Positions 1-13,364 are shown, counted from the stretch's first letter. The stretch: 64,000 nucleotides of DNA from Octopus sinensis (GCF_006345805.1 NC_043006.1:40238001-40302000); one strand, 5' to 3'. The notes: generated from the sequence alone by a model not told the origin. Program-made: numbers and translations.

Positions 1-509
1 GGTGAATGATTTTACAAGGCTGGAGAGTTCTACTTCCCTGGAGTTGTCAGAAGACTGTTAAAGAAGGCACTGGACTACCCGAAAGCCTCCATTTCTTGAT
101 TTGCTGTCGAAAATGACTCCACTAGCCTTTTCTTTTCCCACGACACTCGCAAGGCAGTGAGGGTTTGTGCTCGGAGTTTCTTCTAAAAACATGCAAATTA
201 ACCCATAACTAGGGCCCTGACAGGTGCTGTTTCTCTAGGTCAGAGCGGACCTGAGTGCAACAGTGGCAACCTGGGCGTTCCACATTTCTCAAAACCCTGG
301 AACTCCCAAACCAAGATGCAGTTTAAGGTCAAACCCAGGACCTATTCTCATACCTACCATAGAGTATATAACCTAATTAAAGACTTTCTCCTGGTTGATA
401 ATTGCTCTGTGGAATTGTCAATAAATTAGTTTGAATTTCAAAGTTTGAGTCATAAAGATTGATGAGATTGTTAATTCAATTATTACATTTTATATGTATC
501 ATTTTTTAT

Positions 510-921
510 GGCGCAGGAGTGGCAGTGTGGTAAGTAGCTTGCTAACCAACCACATGGTTCCGGGTTCAGTCCCACTGCGTGGCATCTTGGGCAAGTGTCT
601 TCTGCTATAGCCCCGGGCCGACCAATGCCTTGTGAGTGGATTTGGTAGACGGAAACTGAAAGAAGCCTGTCGTATATGTATATATGTGCGTGTGTGTGTT
701 TGTGTGTCTGTGTTTGTCCCCCTAGCATTGCTTGACAACCGATGCTGGTGTGTGTTTACGTCCCCGTCACTTAGTGGTTCGGCAAAAAGAGACCGATAGA
801 ATAAGTACTGGGCTTACAAAAGAATAAGTTCCGGGGTCGATTTGCTCGACTAAAGGCGGTGCTCCAGCATGGCCGCAGTCAAATGACTGAAACAAGTAAA
901 AGAGTAAAAGAGTAAAGAGTA
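510..921 (+). mobile_element. tRNA-derived SINE, family A (full length)
   Basis: tRNA-like head GGCGCAGGAGTGGC..GGTTCAGTCCC, conserved body, internal (TA/TG)n, 3' hairpin CAGTCA-AA-TGACTG and (GTAAAAGA)n tail; more than 15 related copies in the window. Confidence 0.9.
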
Positions 922-1100
922 ATAAACAATAGGGGTGCATGTTAGATGCACCTTAATTTCAGCAGGGCATATTTAGGAAGAAAAAAAGATTCTAATGCAT
1001 TAACTGTTTAGCATTCAGATGACTCTGACAAATATAACGCTTCATTTATTCATAATGATTTGAATTAACCATCTCATAGTTTTGTGATTTCGATTATGTA

Positions 1101-1296
1101 CTCTTTTACTCTTTTACTTGTTTCAGTCATGTGACTGTGGCTATGATGCAGCACCGCCTTTAGTCGAGCAAACCGGCCCCAAGAACTTATTCTTTGTAAG
1201 CCTAGTACTTAGTCTATCGGTCTCTTTTGCTGAACTGCTAAGTTACGGGGACGTAAACACACCAGCATCGGTTGTCAAGCGATATTGGGTGGACGA

Positions 1297-1329
<33 letters not shown>

Positions 1330-1502
1330 CATATATATACGACGGGCTTCTTTCAGTTTCCGTCTACCAAATCCACTCACAAGTCCTTGGTTGGCCTGAG
1401 GCTATAGTAGAAGACACTTGCCCAAGGTACCACGCAGTGGGACTGAACCCGGAACCATGTGGTTCATAAGCAAGCTACTTACCACACAGCCACTCCTATG
1501 CC
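1101..1502 (-). mobile_element. SINE family A, inserted in a piggyBac-like MITE (about 995-1627)
   Basis: Reverse complement of the 510-921 element; flanks match the two halves of the MITE at 4864-5218. Confidence 0.85.
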
Positions 1503-1744
1503 TATGTCATTACTTATTTTCATAATGATAAATCAGGGTAGGTATGAGAGACTGGATCTGGCCAGCTTGGACATAAAACAGGTAGAATATCTGGGCTGGA
1601 TATGGCAGGTTTAAATGCTAAAAGTTGAAGCACAAAACAAGGCTTATGGGGGCACCCAACATTGCATATAAGACTCAGGGTGATTTTTTTTTGGACATTT
1701 CTTTGTGGGGGAAAAAGTGTGTCTTAATGCCTTCAAATATGATA

Positions 1745-2105
1745 CTGGCTTCCGTGCCGGTTGCACATAAAAAGCACCATTCATTACTGGCACGTGAAAA
1801 AACATTCGGGTGAGGTCGTTGCCAGTGCCACTGGACTGGCTCCTGTGCAGGTGGCACGTAAAAAAACCACCATTTGAGGGTGGCCATTGCCAGTACCGCC
1901 TGACTGGCCCTCGTGCTGGTGGCAATTAAAAGCACCCACTACACTCTTGGAGTGGTTGGCGTTAGAAAGGGCATCCAGCTGTGGAAACTGCCAGATCAAG
2001 ATTGGAGCCTGGTGCAGCCATCTTGCTCGCCAGTCCCCAGTCAAATTGTCTAACCCATGCTAGCATGGAAAGCGGATGTTAAATGATGGTGATGATGATG
2101 ATGAT
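1745..2105 (+). mobile_element. SINE-like repeat family D with (GAT)n tail
   Basis: Repeated GTTGCCAGTG/GGCCATTGCCAGTA modules and tail CATGGAAAGCGGATGTTAAA(TGA)n; related pieces at about 7440-7570, 54980-55100, 59230-59260 and 63940-64000. Confidence 0.7.
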
Positions 2106-3019
2106 TGGAAAATTCAGTATTTCAACAATGACCTTTGGTTGCATATTGTTTTGGGAATCTTCAGGGTAGGCTAGTCTGAAGATTACCCAAACTGGGATGA
2201 AAGCATTGGTCACTCAGGTAATGAACCTACCAAGTTCCGTAAATCTCTCTTTCGCAAACATACTGAATTATCCATCTTTTTATCATTTTAATTGGTTCTA
2301 TCATTGGGCTGTGGTCATGCTGGAGCACCGTGGCTTACAACCATTTTTTACCTATAGACCCTTTTGATTCCTATTTTACTCATAAAGGAGGTTAGGGGAC
2401 CCTCATAGCGTCTAAAATCTTTTATATTATAATAAAATATTATTAGGAAATGTATAAAAAAAGAATGTTTAAATATTTTCTATATTTTAGGAATATTACC
2501 AATTTGCACATAAATCTTATATGGACCCCTAAGGGGTTTAGTATTTATTTTATCAGTCTTTGTTGCCAAACTGTTAAGCTATAGGTACGTAAAGAAACCC
2601 ACAGTAGTTGTCATGACATGGTGGGGACAAACACAGACACACACACATATACATCCTCCCCACTTCATGTCCCATCGGTCATTACCATTCAACCTTTCAA
2701 CTGCAGGCTGCCACCCCATCCCTGCTATGCTCCCCCACTTACAACAAGCCTTGTGAGGCCACCTTGGACACCTCATCTCTTATCTGTCTCTTTGCAGCTC
2801 ATCCGTAAGGATCTGCTCTGCCCCACCATTTCTCTGTCACTGTAAACCAGAGGTCCTCAAATGAGGTTCATATAAACCTCGGAGGTCCTCATAAAATTTT
2901 GGCTGGGACCCATGCACGCTAAATAGAAAATTGGGGTTTCTCAGTAGTATTTTAAGGGTCCATATATAAATTTTGCTTTTGATGTATTTATTCTTTTCTA
3001 CTCTAGGCATATGGCCTGA

Positions 3020-3205
3020 CATTTTGGGGGGAGGAAGCCAGTCAATTAGATCGACCCCAGTATACAATTGGTACTTAATTTATCGACCTTGAAAGGATGA
3101 AAGGCAAAATTGACCTCGGCGGGATTTGAACTCAGAACACAAAGACAGACGAAATATCACTAAGCATTTCGCCCGGCGTGCTAATGTTTCTGCCAGCTCA
3201 CCGCT
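3020..3205 (-). mobile_element. tRNA-derived SINE, family B
   Basis: Core GCCTTTCATCCTTTC..GGTCGATAAATTAAGTACCA shared by many copies; resembles the MetaSINE/Sauria-type central domain (from memory, unverified). Confidence 0.85.
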
Positions 3206-3734
3206 TATTTATTGCTGGAAACAACTAGGTTTGTTTCACTAGAGCTTAACACAGTCCAACATGTTTCCCATCATGGAAACATGTTCTATCAGAGTTCTTT
3301 CGCAACATGTGGAAAATAAAATAGGAATTTTATTGACCTTCCAAGGTCAATAAAATAAAGTACCAGTCATCTACTGGGGATCATCACTATTGCCTACACT
3401 GCTACTCTTTTCTCAAAACTGATGTTCCTGTGCCTATATCAGAAACATTGATATGTGAAAAAGGCTTTTAACTCTGTTCAACTAATAGGTTTCATTCTGT
3501 TTTTTTAATTCATAGTTAAGCAGGTTAGAATCAGTAATAAGAAATACACTTGATTGTTCACACATACCTGCTTATTATTTGCTGGCAAGGACACCATATT
3601 TCATTATACATCTATATATACATCCATTATACATCCATATATACTACCGAGTATGTTAAACGTTTAAAAGTCAGTGCTGCGTCCTACCTGTGTTAGCAGT
3701 GCTATACAATCACTTTTTAAAGTTATCTTTACAG

Positions 3735-3839
3735 AATCTTCTATAGAAGTTAGAGTCAGCTCTGAATGTTATGATGCTAATAGAAAAATTTACGAAACTT
3801 ATCCCATTTATGATGATGATGAGTGGAAATTGAACCGGT
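3735..3839 (+). CDS. Putative internal exon (ESSIEVRVSSECYDANRKIYETYPIYDDDEWKLNR)
   Basis: Acceptor ttatctttacag; only one open frame; tandem GT donors at 3838 and 3840. Confidence 0.4.
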
Positions 3840-3977
3840 GTGTTAAATATTAAGGCAGTATGACCCACCCCAGACACAACAAAATTTGTTTCAACACACA
3901 AATTCACATAAAGAATCTTGCAAACCAGATACAAAAATGAAGTATATTAATGTTTCCTTTCCTGTTTTTCTTTTCAG

Positions 3978-4372
3978 GTTTTGGTAAGGTTTTACACTCG
4001 CAGTCCAGTTTCTCCAATCAAATTGTGAACAACAATTCTGTGAACTTCACTCCGTCCATCAACTACACCAGTGATATCAATGATCTAAATGGCGTGTCAG
4101 CAGCTCCACAATCAGGCCCACTCATCGTCTCGGCTCACAGCGAAAATGGCGGTCAGATGCCGTCAATTGAGCCGGTCCTCGTCGAGAAGGTCAACGATCA
4201 TGACATGCTGCTTGATGATCTCCGCAAGACAGAACATGCGGAGAAAATGAAGAACATCCGGTTGGAGCGGAAACTAATCAATGTAGAACACAAAGCACGT
4301 ATGGGTTTGATTAAACTCAAATCAGAATACATCAAACTTAAAATGGATTTTCTGCTGCAAAATAAAAGATAA
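3978..4372 (+). CDS. Putative terminal coding exon; low-complexity linker plus C-terminal coiled coil, reminiscent of Myb/SANT-like (MSANTD-type) protein tails
   Basis: Strong acceptor ctgtttttcttttcag; 131 open codons with higher GC than flanks; heptad-like EHAEKMKNIRLERKLINVEHKARMGLIKLKSEY; family assignment is inference. Confidence 0.6.
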
Positions 4373-4863
4373 TTTTTGAAAAAAAAACCCCCAAAAAAAC
4401 AAAACGAAACAAAAAACAACCACAACAACAAAAAACATACGAAGATGCAGCAATAACCTAGTGGTTTTGAAGTTCACTTCAAAACCATTGTTCTAGGTTC
4501 AATTCCACTGCACAGCGCTTTGGGCAAGTGTCTTCTTCTCTAGCAATGGATTCACCAATACCTTGTGAATAAAATTCGGTAGACAGAAACTGTGCTGAAG
4601 CCCATCATATATATATTATATGTATATGTGTATATGTGTATAGTGGTATAGAATGGTGTGTTGAGTTGGACCCCATTACAGCTAAAGATAGAACTTAAAC
4701 CATTCGATAACTAGAAGTCAATGCAATATGTATTAGTTTGAAGTAAGTTCTGGGGTTGATGTTAGTGATTGAAAAACCTTTCAGTGTTACCTTCACAAGG
4801 TTGTAATCCAATGAGTGAAACCAGTAAGAGAGTCTGTAAATAATATAAAAAGCAAAGATTGCT

Positions 4864-5218
4864 TTAGACCCTTTAGTATTCAGATTACTCTAATGTAATG
4901 CTTATTTATTCACATTGTTTTAGACTACTCTTGTAGCTTTGAGATTTCAAAGATGTGATTGCTTATCTTTAGATTGACATTGTAGGGTAGGTGTGAGAAG
5001 CAGGATCTGGCCACTTTGAATGTAAAAGCAGGTAGAATATTTGGGTCGGATATATATATATATATATATATATAGCCTGCTGAAATGCAAAAGGAAGAAA
5101 TGTCAGGAACAGAATAACATTGTAGTGTAGGTGTGACAAGCAAGATCTGGCTAGTTTGAATGTAAAAACAGGTAGAATATTTGGGCTGGAAACAGCTGGC
5201 TGAAATGCAGAAGGTTAA
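4864..5218. mobile_element. piggyBac-like MITE with internal duplication
   Basis: Ends CCCTTTAG..AAGG-TTAA; duplicated GTAGG..GATCTGGC..GGTAGAATATTTGGG block; second copy at about 995-1627. Confidence 0.45.
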
Positions 5219-5271
5219 CTTGAAAGGAAAGAAAAGACAAAAGAATCGTGTTGTTTATTAATTAATAGTTT

Positions 5272-5652
5272 TTGTGTGGTAAGTAGCTTGCTTACCAACC
5301 ACATGGTTCCGGGTTCAGTCCCACTGCGTGGCACTTTCGGCAAGTGTCTTCTACTATAGCCTCGGGCCAACCAAAGCCTTATGAATGGATTTGGTAGATG
5401 GAAACTGAAAGAAGTCCGTCGTATATATGCCTATATATATATATGTATGCGTGTGTGTATATGTTTGTCCTCACAACATCGCTTGTCAACCGATGCTGGT
5501 GTGTTTACATCCCCGTAACTTAGCGGTTCGGCAAAAGAGACCGATAGAATAAGTACTAGACTTACAAAGAATAAGTCCTGGAGTCGGTTTGCTCAACTAA
5601 AGGTGGTGCTCCAGCATGGCCACAGTCAAATGACTGTAACTAGTAAAAGAGA
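5272..5652 (+). mobile_element. SINE family A, 5'-truncated
   Basis: Sequence match to 510-921. Confidence 0.85.
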
Positions 5653-5907
5653 TAGTAGGTAGATAGCCAATCATACATTTTGTTTTTCTCTACAAAAACC
5701 ATAACCACTACCAATAGCAGCTGTGTCTAGTAGAAAATATTTCTAAATATATTTTTTTTTTTTCGTCCAATGAGAAAAAAAAAGCATAGCTGATTGTAGT
5801 AATGAATTGGGCTTCCAGTTGATGGCTTTTGTGTTCTCATTGATTACAAGGGCTGTTGCTGTGCCATCAGGGCCAGGCACTGACGTCTGTGTTGCTTTCT
5901 CTCTTAG

Positions 5908-5957
5908 GCTTCATTGACTCCAAAAGATTAAGCTTTAAAACAAAATTTAGACCATGT
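5908..5957 (+). CDS. Possible 50-nt exon (GFIDSKRLSFKTKFRPC)
   Basis: ctttctctcttag acceptor and gtaagt donor with an open frame; no other support. Confidence 0.25.
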
Positions 5958-6649
5958 GTAAGTCGTATGCGTGTGCACTAGGCATAGCCAATGGTTAAGG
6001 AGTTCATTTGACTGTCATGAAGCCCTAGATGGAATTTTGTGTGTCTTTTACCATAAGTCTTGTGAATGAAATTCATTCAAATTTTGTGAATGATTGACTC
6101 AAGATTTTATTGAAGGAAATTTTAAAGAACTGGCACTATGTCAGTTATGGCGATTTGATCCCAGTTGATTTGGCCAACGGAACAGTCTGCAAGAGACTGA
6201 GCACTTCCCAAACGTGTACCCATAACGTAGTTCTCAGGGAGATTCAGTGTGACACAGAATGTGTAATGGCTGGCCCTTTGAATTAAAGGCACAACCCACT
6301 TTCACCAGCTGAGTGGACTTTGGCAATGAGAAATAAAGTGTCTTGCCCAAAGACATCATGTACCACTGTGAATTGAACTCATGACCTTGTGATCATGAAC
6401 CAAATACCCCTAACCACTAAGGCAGATTAGGTAAACTGTGAAGGACTTTTGAATGGATTAAGCCTGAACATCGAAGGTTAAGCTTTGTTACACATTGTAT
6501 TCTGCTATAATTCTATCTGAGGATTATATTAATGGTATACACTAAGGAATACTCAACCACTATCTCTGTAAATCATTTATTAGGCAGTTTAGTTGAGTGA
6601 ATATCTGGAATTGCCAAAACCAACAAATGATCTAGTCTCTAGTTGCGCC

Positions 6650-6682
<33 letters not shown>

Positions 6683-6842
6683 TATGTATATATAGGATAT
6701 GAGGGGTTTAGTTCACTGATGATCTAACATGATTAGGTAGGCTGTGTAAGTGCTATAATTGGTTATCCGTTAGATTCCAAGTTCACATCTGAGGCTGGAA
6801 CTAGGGATCTGTAGAAGGCTTCCCAGTTAGCACTTTCCTCTA

Positions 6843-6891
<49 letters not shown>

Positions 6892-9058
6892 ATGTGTGTG
6901 TGTATTGTGTATGTATGCATTTGGTGGTTTGTTTTCCCTTTTTTTTTCTAAATGATGCTATTCTTTTACACTGCCTTTTTTTGTTTTTTTAAAAAAATGT
7001 TTATTTAAATGTTTGCCATTTATTTTTCCATCCTGTTATTTTACATCAATGTAAAATACTTATTTATCTATTCTGGTCATGATTTTTTGAGAGTTTTAAT
7101 TTTAACTTATTTTATCATCACCATCATCTTCATTTTAAAAAACCACTTTTCCATGCTTGCATGGGTCGGACTAAGTTTTATTGAGGCAGATTTTTTTATT
7201 TGATCGTTTTTTTTTTTGTTTTTTTTTTTATAAAAGCCATTTGTCTGGCACCATTTTTACCCATTCTTAGCCAGCTGTGAAGTGCTTACATCAGTAATTA
7301 TATTGCGGTTTCTAACCACAAAACGAATTAAACAATATACTGTAATATGAAAGAAAAAAAAACTAATGAAATTCTGATAAAACTAAATCATCTCTGCTTT
7401 GTTTCTTTTTCTTCTTTCATCATCATTATCATCATCATCATTATTTACTGTCCGTTTCCCATGCTGGCATGGGTTGGATGGTTTGACAGGCATTGACAAG
7501 CTGAAGGGTTGCACCATGTTCCAGCCATCTGTTTTAGCAAGATTTCTATGACTGGATGACCTTCCTAATGTCAACTACTTTACAGAGTATACTGGGTTCT
7601 TGGAACGTGGTGCTGGTACGCGTGTGTCTACTGTTGCATGCTTGCATGGATCAAACGGAATTTGTTGAGGCAGGTATTCTACAGCGGGATGCCTTTCTTG
7701 TCACCAACCCTCATTTGTTTGCAAGTGAGGTTATACTTCCTCATGTTTTTCACAGAAGACTGGAAACGAACAACACCATTCGTGTGACGGCGAGGCTTAT
7801 TTACAACTATCACATGACGTCAAGAGAAGGGTACACACAAATATACATACATGTCATCGTCATCATCATTATTTAATATCTAATTTTGCATGCTTGCTTA
7901 GGTCGGATTGAGTTTGTTGAGGAGGATTTTCTGCAGCCCTCACCTGTTTCTAAAGCAAAATAATATTTCCTCATGAGCCGACATGCTTTTCGTGGAAGAC
8001 GGAAACAAACAACGTCGCTTGTATGAAAATGATCCTCATTTACAAGCATCACACTGTGAAGACAAGAATTCACACACATTCGATGGGATCCTTTCAGTTC
8101 TTGCCTACCATTTCTACTCACAGGTCTCTGGTGGGCCTGGGGTAGGGCTCTGGTGGGCCTGGGGTAGGGCTCTGGTGGGCTCAACGTACCGGAAATTCAG
8201 ACAGTCGCCCAGCCTGCCAAGGAGGGCATGGCAAAGACAAGGAAATTTCCATGACCGTCAGCTTGTACACACCGAAGTTCAGCTTGCCTGGGGCACCAGC
8301 AAACCTAGGGCCGGCCCTGGCCTGGGGCTATAATAGAAGACACTTGCCCAAGGTGCTGCATTGTGGAATTGAACCCAAGACCACATGGAAGTTGGTTTTA
8401 TCTTTTACTTGTTTCAGTCATTAGGCTGCAGCCATGCTGGGGCACCGCCTTTAAGAATATTATTTTATTCCAAAGAAACGACCCCAGAACTTTACTCTTT
8501 TACTTGTTTCAGTCATTTGACTAGCCATGCTGGAGCACCACCTTTAGTCGAGCAAATCGACCCCAGGACTTATTCATTGTAAGCCTAGGACTTATTCTAT
8601 CGGTCTCTTTTGCCGAACTGCTAAGTTATTTATTTTTTTGTAATGTCTGGTACTTGTTCTATCGGCGTTTTTTGCCAAACCTCGAAGTTACGGGGACGTA
8701 AACACACCAACACCAGTTGTCAAGCGATGGTGGGGAGCAGACAGACAAAGACACACGGATATCTATCAATATATCAGCGCTCCACAACCAGTATGCCGCG
8801 GCACACTGGTGTGCCACGAGACGATGTTAGGTGTGCTGCAGTGTTGCTTGAATATAATTTTCCCCCTATACTTTTAGTTCAGATGTGCCACCGAATTTTG
8901 AAAAGAATATAGGAGTATCGCAAGTTGCGGAGCACTGATTTATCTATCTACATATATATATTTATTAATTCATAATAGGATATAAGGCTTAAAATTCACG
9001 TTAATGATTTTTATCCGCTAGTCATCTTGCTATAAAAAAATTATAGGCAATTTGTACA

Positions 9059-9432
9059 GGCGTAGGAGTGGCTGTGTGGTAAGTAGCTTGCTTACGAACT
9101 ACATGGTTCTGGGTTCAGTCCCACTGCGTGGTACCTTGGGCAAGTGCCTTCTACTATAGCGTCGGGCCGACCAAAACCTTGTAAGTTATTTGGTTGACGG
9201 AAACTGAAAGAAGCCCGTCGTATATATATGTTTGTGTGTCTGTGTTTGCCCCCCCCCCACATCGTTTGACAACCGATGCTGATGTTTTTACGTCCCCGTA
9301 ACTTAGCGGTTCGGCAAAAGATACCGATAGAATAAGTACTAGGTTTACAAAGAATAAGTCCTGGGGTCGATTTGCTCGTGTAAAGGCGGTGCTCCAGCAT
9401 GGCCGCAGTCAAATGACTGAAACGAATAAAAG
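9059..9432 (+). mobile_element. SINE family A
   Basis: Sequence match to 510-921. Confidence 0.9.
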
Positions 9433-9555
9433 AATATATATAATTATATTAAGGGAGCAAGGGCGAAAACGACCCATCTCCAGCATGCTTGAAGTGTCAA
9501 GACCTTTAAAAAAAACTCCAGATAAATATACACATGGCTGCTCACAAAAATTTCT

Positions 9556-9631
9556 GTCACGATGGGCGAGCGAGCTGTGTTCAGGTCGCAGTCGGGTCTT
9601 CCCGGCGTGCGTTCGTATCCCACTTCTGACA
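9556..9631 (+). pseudogene. tRNA-Leu(CAG) pseudogene
   Basis: GTCA..GATGG.CGAGCG...TTCAGGTCGCAGTC, long variable arm CGGG-TCTT-CCCG, GTTCG.ATCCCACTTCTGACA; 3' half of the D arm (GTCTAAGGC) missing. Confidence 0.75.
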
Positions 9632-10149
9632 AAAAATATATACATATATATATATATAATGTGCGACGGGCTTTGCTCGGCGCATAGAAGACATTTACCT
9701 AGTGTCACGGTGTAGGAATGAACACGAAACCATGTGGTTGGACTGTAAACTCCTTACCACGCAGCCACCGCTGAGCCTATGTTTCAGTAAGGCTGCAAGT
9801 GTTGATGTATAGTCATAGCTTGTGACCTCTAGCGTAGCTAGTGTGTACCGTCCGGGGAAGCTCTTCCGTTGGCCGCCCCCGGACCCCACAAAAAACATAT
9901 TGCCTACAACAGGATGAAAAGTGCCGCTCTACTGCCCCCTCCCTCTATCTACGTTAGTGCCTCTGACGCTATGTGAGAATTCTGCAGTCAGAATGTATTA
10001 ATGATATGATGAGATGTTTAATGGTTTGGGGAAATGTTTAAAAAACAAACAATATTTACTGATGGTGGGCGTGATTTCGAACGTGTCTGCCCCTTTTATA
10101 ATAGGAATTGCTAGTTTATGTAAGTGTTGGGGGTAAGGATTATTGGTTT

Positions 10150-10370
10150 GTGGCTGTGTGTGGGAGTGTCATGCTGTTACGTGTATGTGGGAGTGTCTCT
10201 ATGATGTTTGCATGTTATTTTGTGCTTGCCAATATGTAGGAGGGTCTCTATTGTTTGTGTGTGGGAGTGTCTTATTTGCCAAAATGTAGGAGTGTCTTCA
10301 TGATATTTGTATCTGGGAGTGTCTTCTTGAAGTTTGCTTGTACGTGGGAAAGTCTTCATGATGTTAGCTA
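10150..10370. repeat. Degenerate minisatellite (TGTGGGAGTGTCTT core)
   Basis: About 6 imperfect copies of GGAGTGTCT at 25-40 bp spacing. Confidence 0.6.
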
Positions 10371-10844
10371 TTTTGTGGAAATTTTACAACAAATAATCAC
10401 GTGATGTCAAGAGAAGAAAACAAACACGCACGCACTGTCATACATAGACCTACATAAACGACAGGCTTCTTTCAATTTTCTTCTAAATGCACTCAACTTC
10501 GCTCTGGTCGACCTGGGTCTTTAAAGAAGAGTCTTGCTAAAGGTGTCACGTAGAGGGACTGAGCCCAAAGCCATGTGGATGAGAAGCAGTTTTTGAGGGG
10601 AAGGAGAAGTCAATTACATCGACCTAAGTACTTGATTGATACTTATTTCATCGACCCCGTAAAGATGAAAGGAAAAGTCGACCTCGGCGGAATTTGAACT
10701 CAGAACATAAAGACAGGCGCATTTTGCCCGGCGTCTAACGATTCTGCCGGCTCACCATCTTCATGATAATAGTAATAATAATAATAATAATAATATAATA
10801 ATAATAATCCCTACTATTATAGACACAAGGGCAGAAATTTGAGG

Positions 10845-11019
10845 GGAGGGGCCTAGTCAATTATATCGACCCCAGTGCGTAACTGGTGCTTATTTTATCA
10901 ACCCTGAAAGGATGAAAGGTAAAGTCGACTTCGGTGGAATTTGAACTCAGAACATGACGACGGGCGAAATACTGCTAAGCATTTTGTCCGGCATGTTAAC
11001 GGTTCTGCCAGTTCGCCGC
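10845..11019 (-). mobile_element. SINE family B (second degraded copy at about 10590-10760)
   Basis: Family B core and head. Confidence 0.8.
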
Positions 11020-11076
11020 CTTCTTGATAATAAAGATAAAAATAACACTGTTCTGCACCTTTTTCCATCTTCCTAA

Positions 11077-11461
11077 TCGTCATATATAAAAGTGAAGTTG
11101 TGTGTCTGTCTCCTACGATTTAGATTCCTAACTACTCCCACATTTTGCGGTGAAGTTTAACCAAAACCGGATATCTTATAGTCGTGATTCATATCGAGCC
11201 CTTCTGGGTATTAGCGCGCGTCTACGATTTAAAAAATAATTTACCATAATTTTTTTCCATTTTAATGCATTTTTTTCGCTATTATATAAGGGAAGTAACT
11301 CTCTAAAAATGTCTACGATGAGTCAACGATTTAAAAAAAAATTACCGTCATTTTTTCTATTTTTAATGCATTCTTTTGCTATTTTTTGGCTATAACTCTC
11401 TAAAAATGCTTATATAGTTATTTCCCTTACAAACCCGAGCAACGACGGGCGATACTGCTAG
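11077..11461 (+). mobile_element. Non-autonomous Helitron
   Basis: A|TC..TATATAAAA..(TGTC) 5' end; subterminal hairpin CCCG-AGCAACGA-CGGG; CTAG|T 3' end; no TSD. Confidence 0.75.
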
Positions 11462-11884
11462 TTCCTCATAAACTAGTTATTTGTTCAGTCTCAGACTATG
11501 GTAGAAAAGGTACTCTGCTGTGGCGTTCAAACTAGAATCACAAGTTTGCGAAGTAGACTTCTCAACTAGCCAGATATTGAATTAACAGTTTTGTCAGTGC
11601 TGAGGGTGAGGTTTCTAAGAATTATTAATTTTATGGCTGAGCACTAATTATCTGTTGGTGTTCACTTCACGTGTGTTAATGAGGTCTCGTTGCTGGATGG
11701 CTGTATCTCTATGGTAACTGTCATGGGTTATCGTATTTACTAGCGTTTTTACGACGCACCTGTTGGTTTTCAAACGAATAAAAAAATTGCATTGTGTCAT
11801 AAATAAAAGGCCGAGTATCGTAGTCTAGGGAACTAGAGGAGCATAAATCAGCTAGGCACAATAATTATTACCAATAATAGAATA

Positions 11885-12072
11885 CTTTTTTACTTGTTTC
11901 AGTCATTTGACTGTGGCCATGCTGGAACACCACCTTTAGCCGAGTAAATCGACCCCAGAACTTATTCTTTGTAAGCCTAGTACTTATTCTATCGGTCTCT
12001 TTTGCCGAATCGCTAAGTTACGGGGACGTAAACACATCATCATCGGCTATTAAGCGATGTTGGGGACACACA

Positions 12073-12119
<47 letters not shown>

Positions 12120-12301
12120 GTATATATAGACGTATATACGATGGGCTTCTTTCAGTTTCTGTCTACAAAATCCACTCACAAGGCTTTGGTCGGTCTGAGG
12201 CTATAGTAGAAGACACTTGCCCAAGGTGCCACGTAGTGGGACTGAACCCGGAACCATGTGGCTGGTAAGCAAGCTACTTACCACACAACCACTCCTACGC
12301 C
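11885..12301 (-). mobile_element. SINE family A
   Basis: Sequence match. Confidence 0.9.
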
Positions 12302-12491
12302 TAAAAAGAAGCCGAGATGCCACAGTCTCTTATTACAGACTTCCGGAGAATTGCTTCCGCTGCGTCGGCAGTTATGTGAGAGGCCACAGGATCTCATTTA
12401 AATCTCCCCCTCAGCATTGATACAACCCACACCGGATACGTGTCTTACATTATTTTATGATGGTGTTACCCTTAAGAAACATTTTGAAAGT

Positions 12492-12885
12492 GACTGTGTG
12501 GTAAGTAACTTGCTTACGAACCACATGGTACTAGGTTCTCGGTTCAGTCCCACTGCGTGGCACCTTCTACTATAGCGTCGGGCCGACCAAAACCTTGTAA
12601 GTTGATTTGGTTGACCGAAACTGAAAGAAGGCTGTCGTATGTATGTATGTATGTATGTATGTATGTATGTATGTATGTATGTATGTATGTATGTATGTGT
12701 CTGTGTTTGTCCCCACAACATCGTTTGACAACCGATGCTGATGTGTTTATGTCCCCGTCACTTAGCGGTTCGGCAAGAAAGACCGATAGAATAAGTACTT
12801 GGCTTGCAAAGAATAAATCCTGAGGTTGATTTGATTGACTAAAGGCGGTGCTCCAGCATGGTCGCAGTCAAATGACCGAAACAAA
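12492..12885 (+). mobile_element. SINE family A with (GTAT)n expansion
   Basis: Sequence match. Confidence 0.85.
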
Positions 12886-12919
12886 ATAATAATGATAATA
12901 ATAATTCGTGAAATATGTT

Positions 12920-13345
12920 TTGACACGCAGACCATCGGTGTCCGATGACGACAAAGTCTGTGTTCTCTGCGATGAGAGTGCATGTGGTTCCGCAGTCCAA
13001 AGCTGGAAGCACACAGGCGCCCACAGATGTCACAGTGATAATCTGTTGACAGGATTGAGGCGGACGCTGCTCCATGACGTCTTTCTCTTACATCATCGAG
13101 ACGCTGTCGCCGCTCCTTTTCAAAGGCAGCTGATGCTCGTGACTTGAGAGACTTTACGTTCGCGTGGGCCAATGCCGCTTCATTTGAGGAAAAGAATGTT
13201 AAATATTCATCCGCTTGATAGTTATTTGCAATGAGTGAATGACAACAAAACCATAGTGGAAGTGTACGACCCCGGTGGCCGATCGCGGCAGCACAAAACA
13301 TCACAGCCAGAAATACAAGTCTTACATCCTGTATGGCAATTCTCT
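12920..13345 (-). mobile_element. RTE-clade LINE 3' fragment
   Basis: FEKERRQRLDDVRERR..YHCDICGRLCASSFGLRNHMHSH, the C-terminal C2H2 motif typical of RTE/BovB-like ORFs. Confidence 0.75.
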
Positions 13346-13364
13346 TGACCAAAAATATATACAA

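Noticed and set aside
483-738. Recurrent ORFs such as TCPRCHAVGLNPEPCGW
   Set aside because: Antisense translations of the SINE A head, not a gene family
2172-2217. Possible upstream exon SEDYPNWDESIGHS ending G|gtaatg
   Set aside because: Good donor and compatible phase, but no convincing acceptor and an in-frame stop just upstream
12920-12965. Possible 3' tail sharing between the RTE fragment and SINE F
   Set aside because: In-window SINE F copies are too degraded to support the alignment; needs consensus sequences
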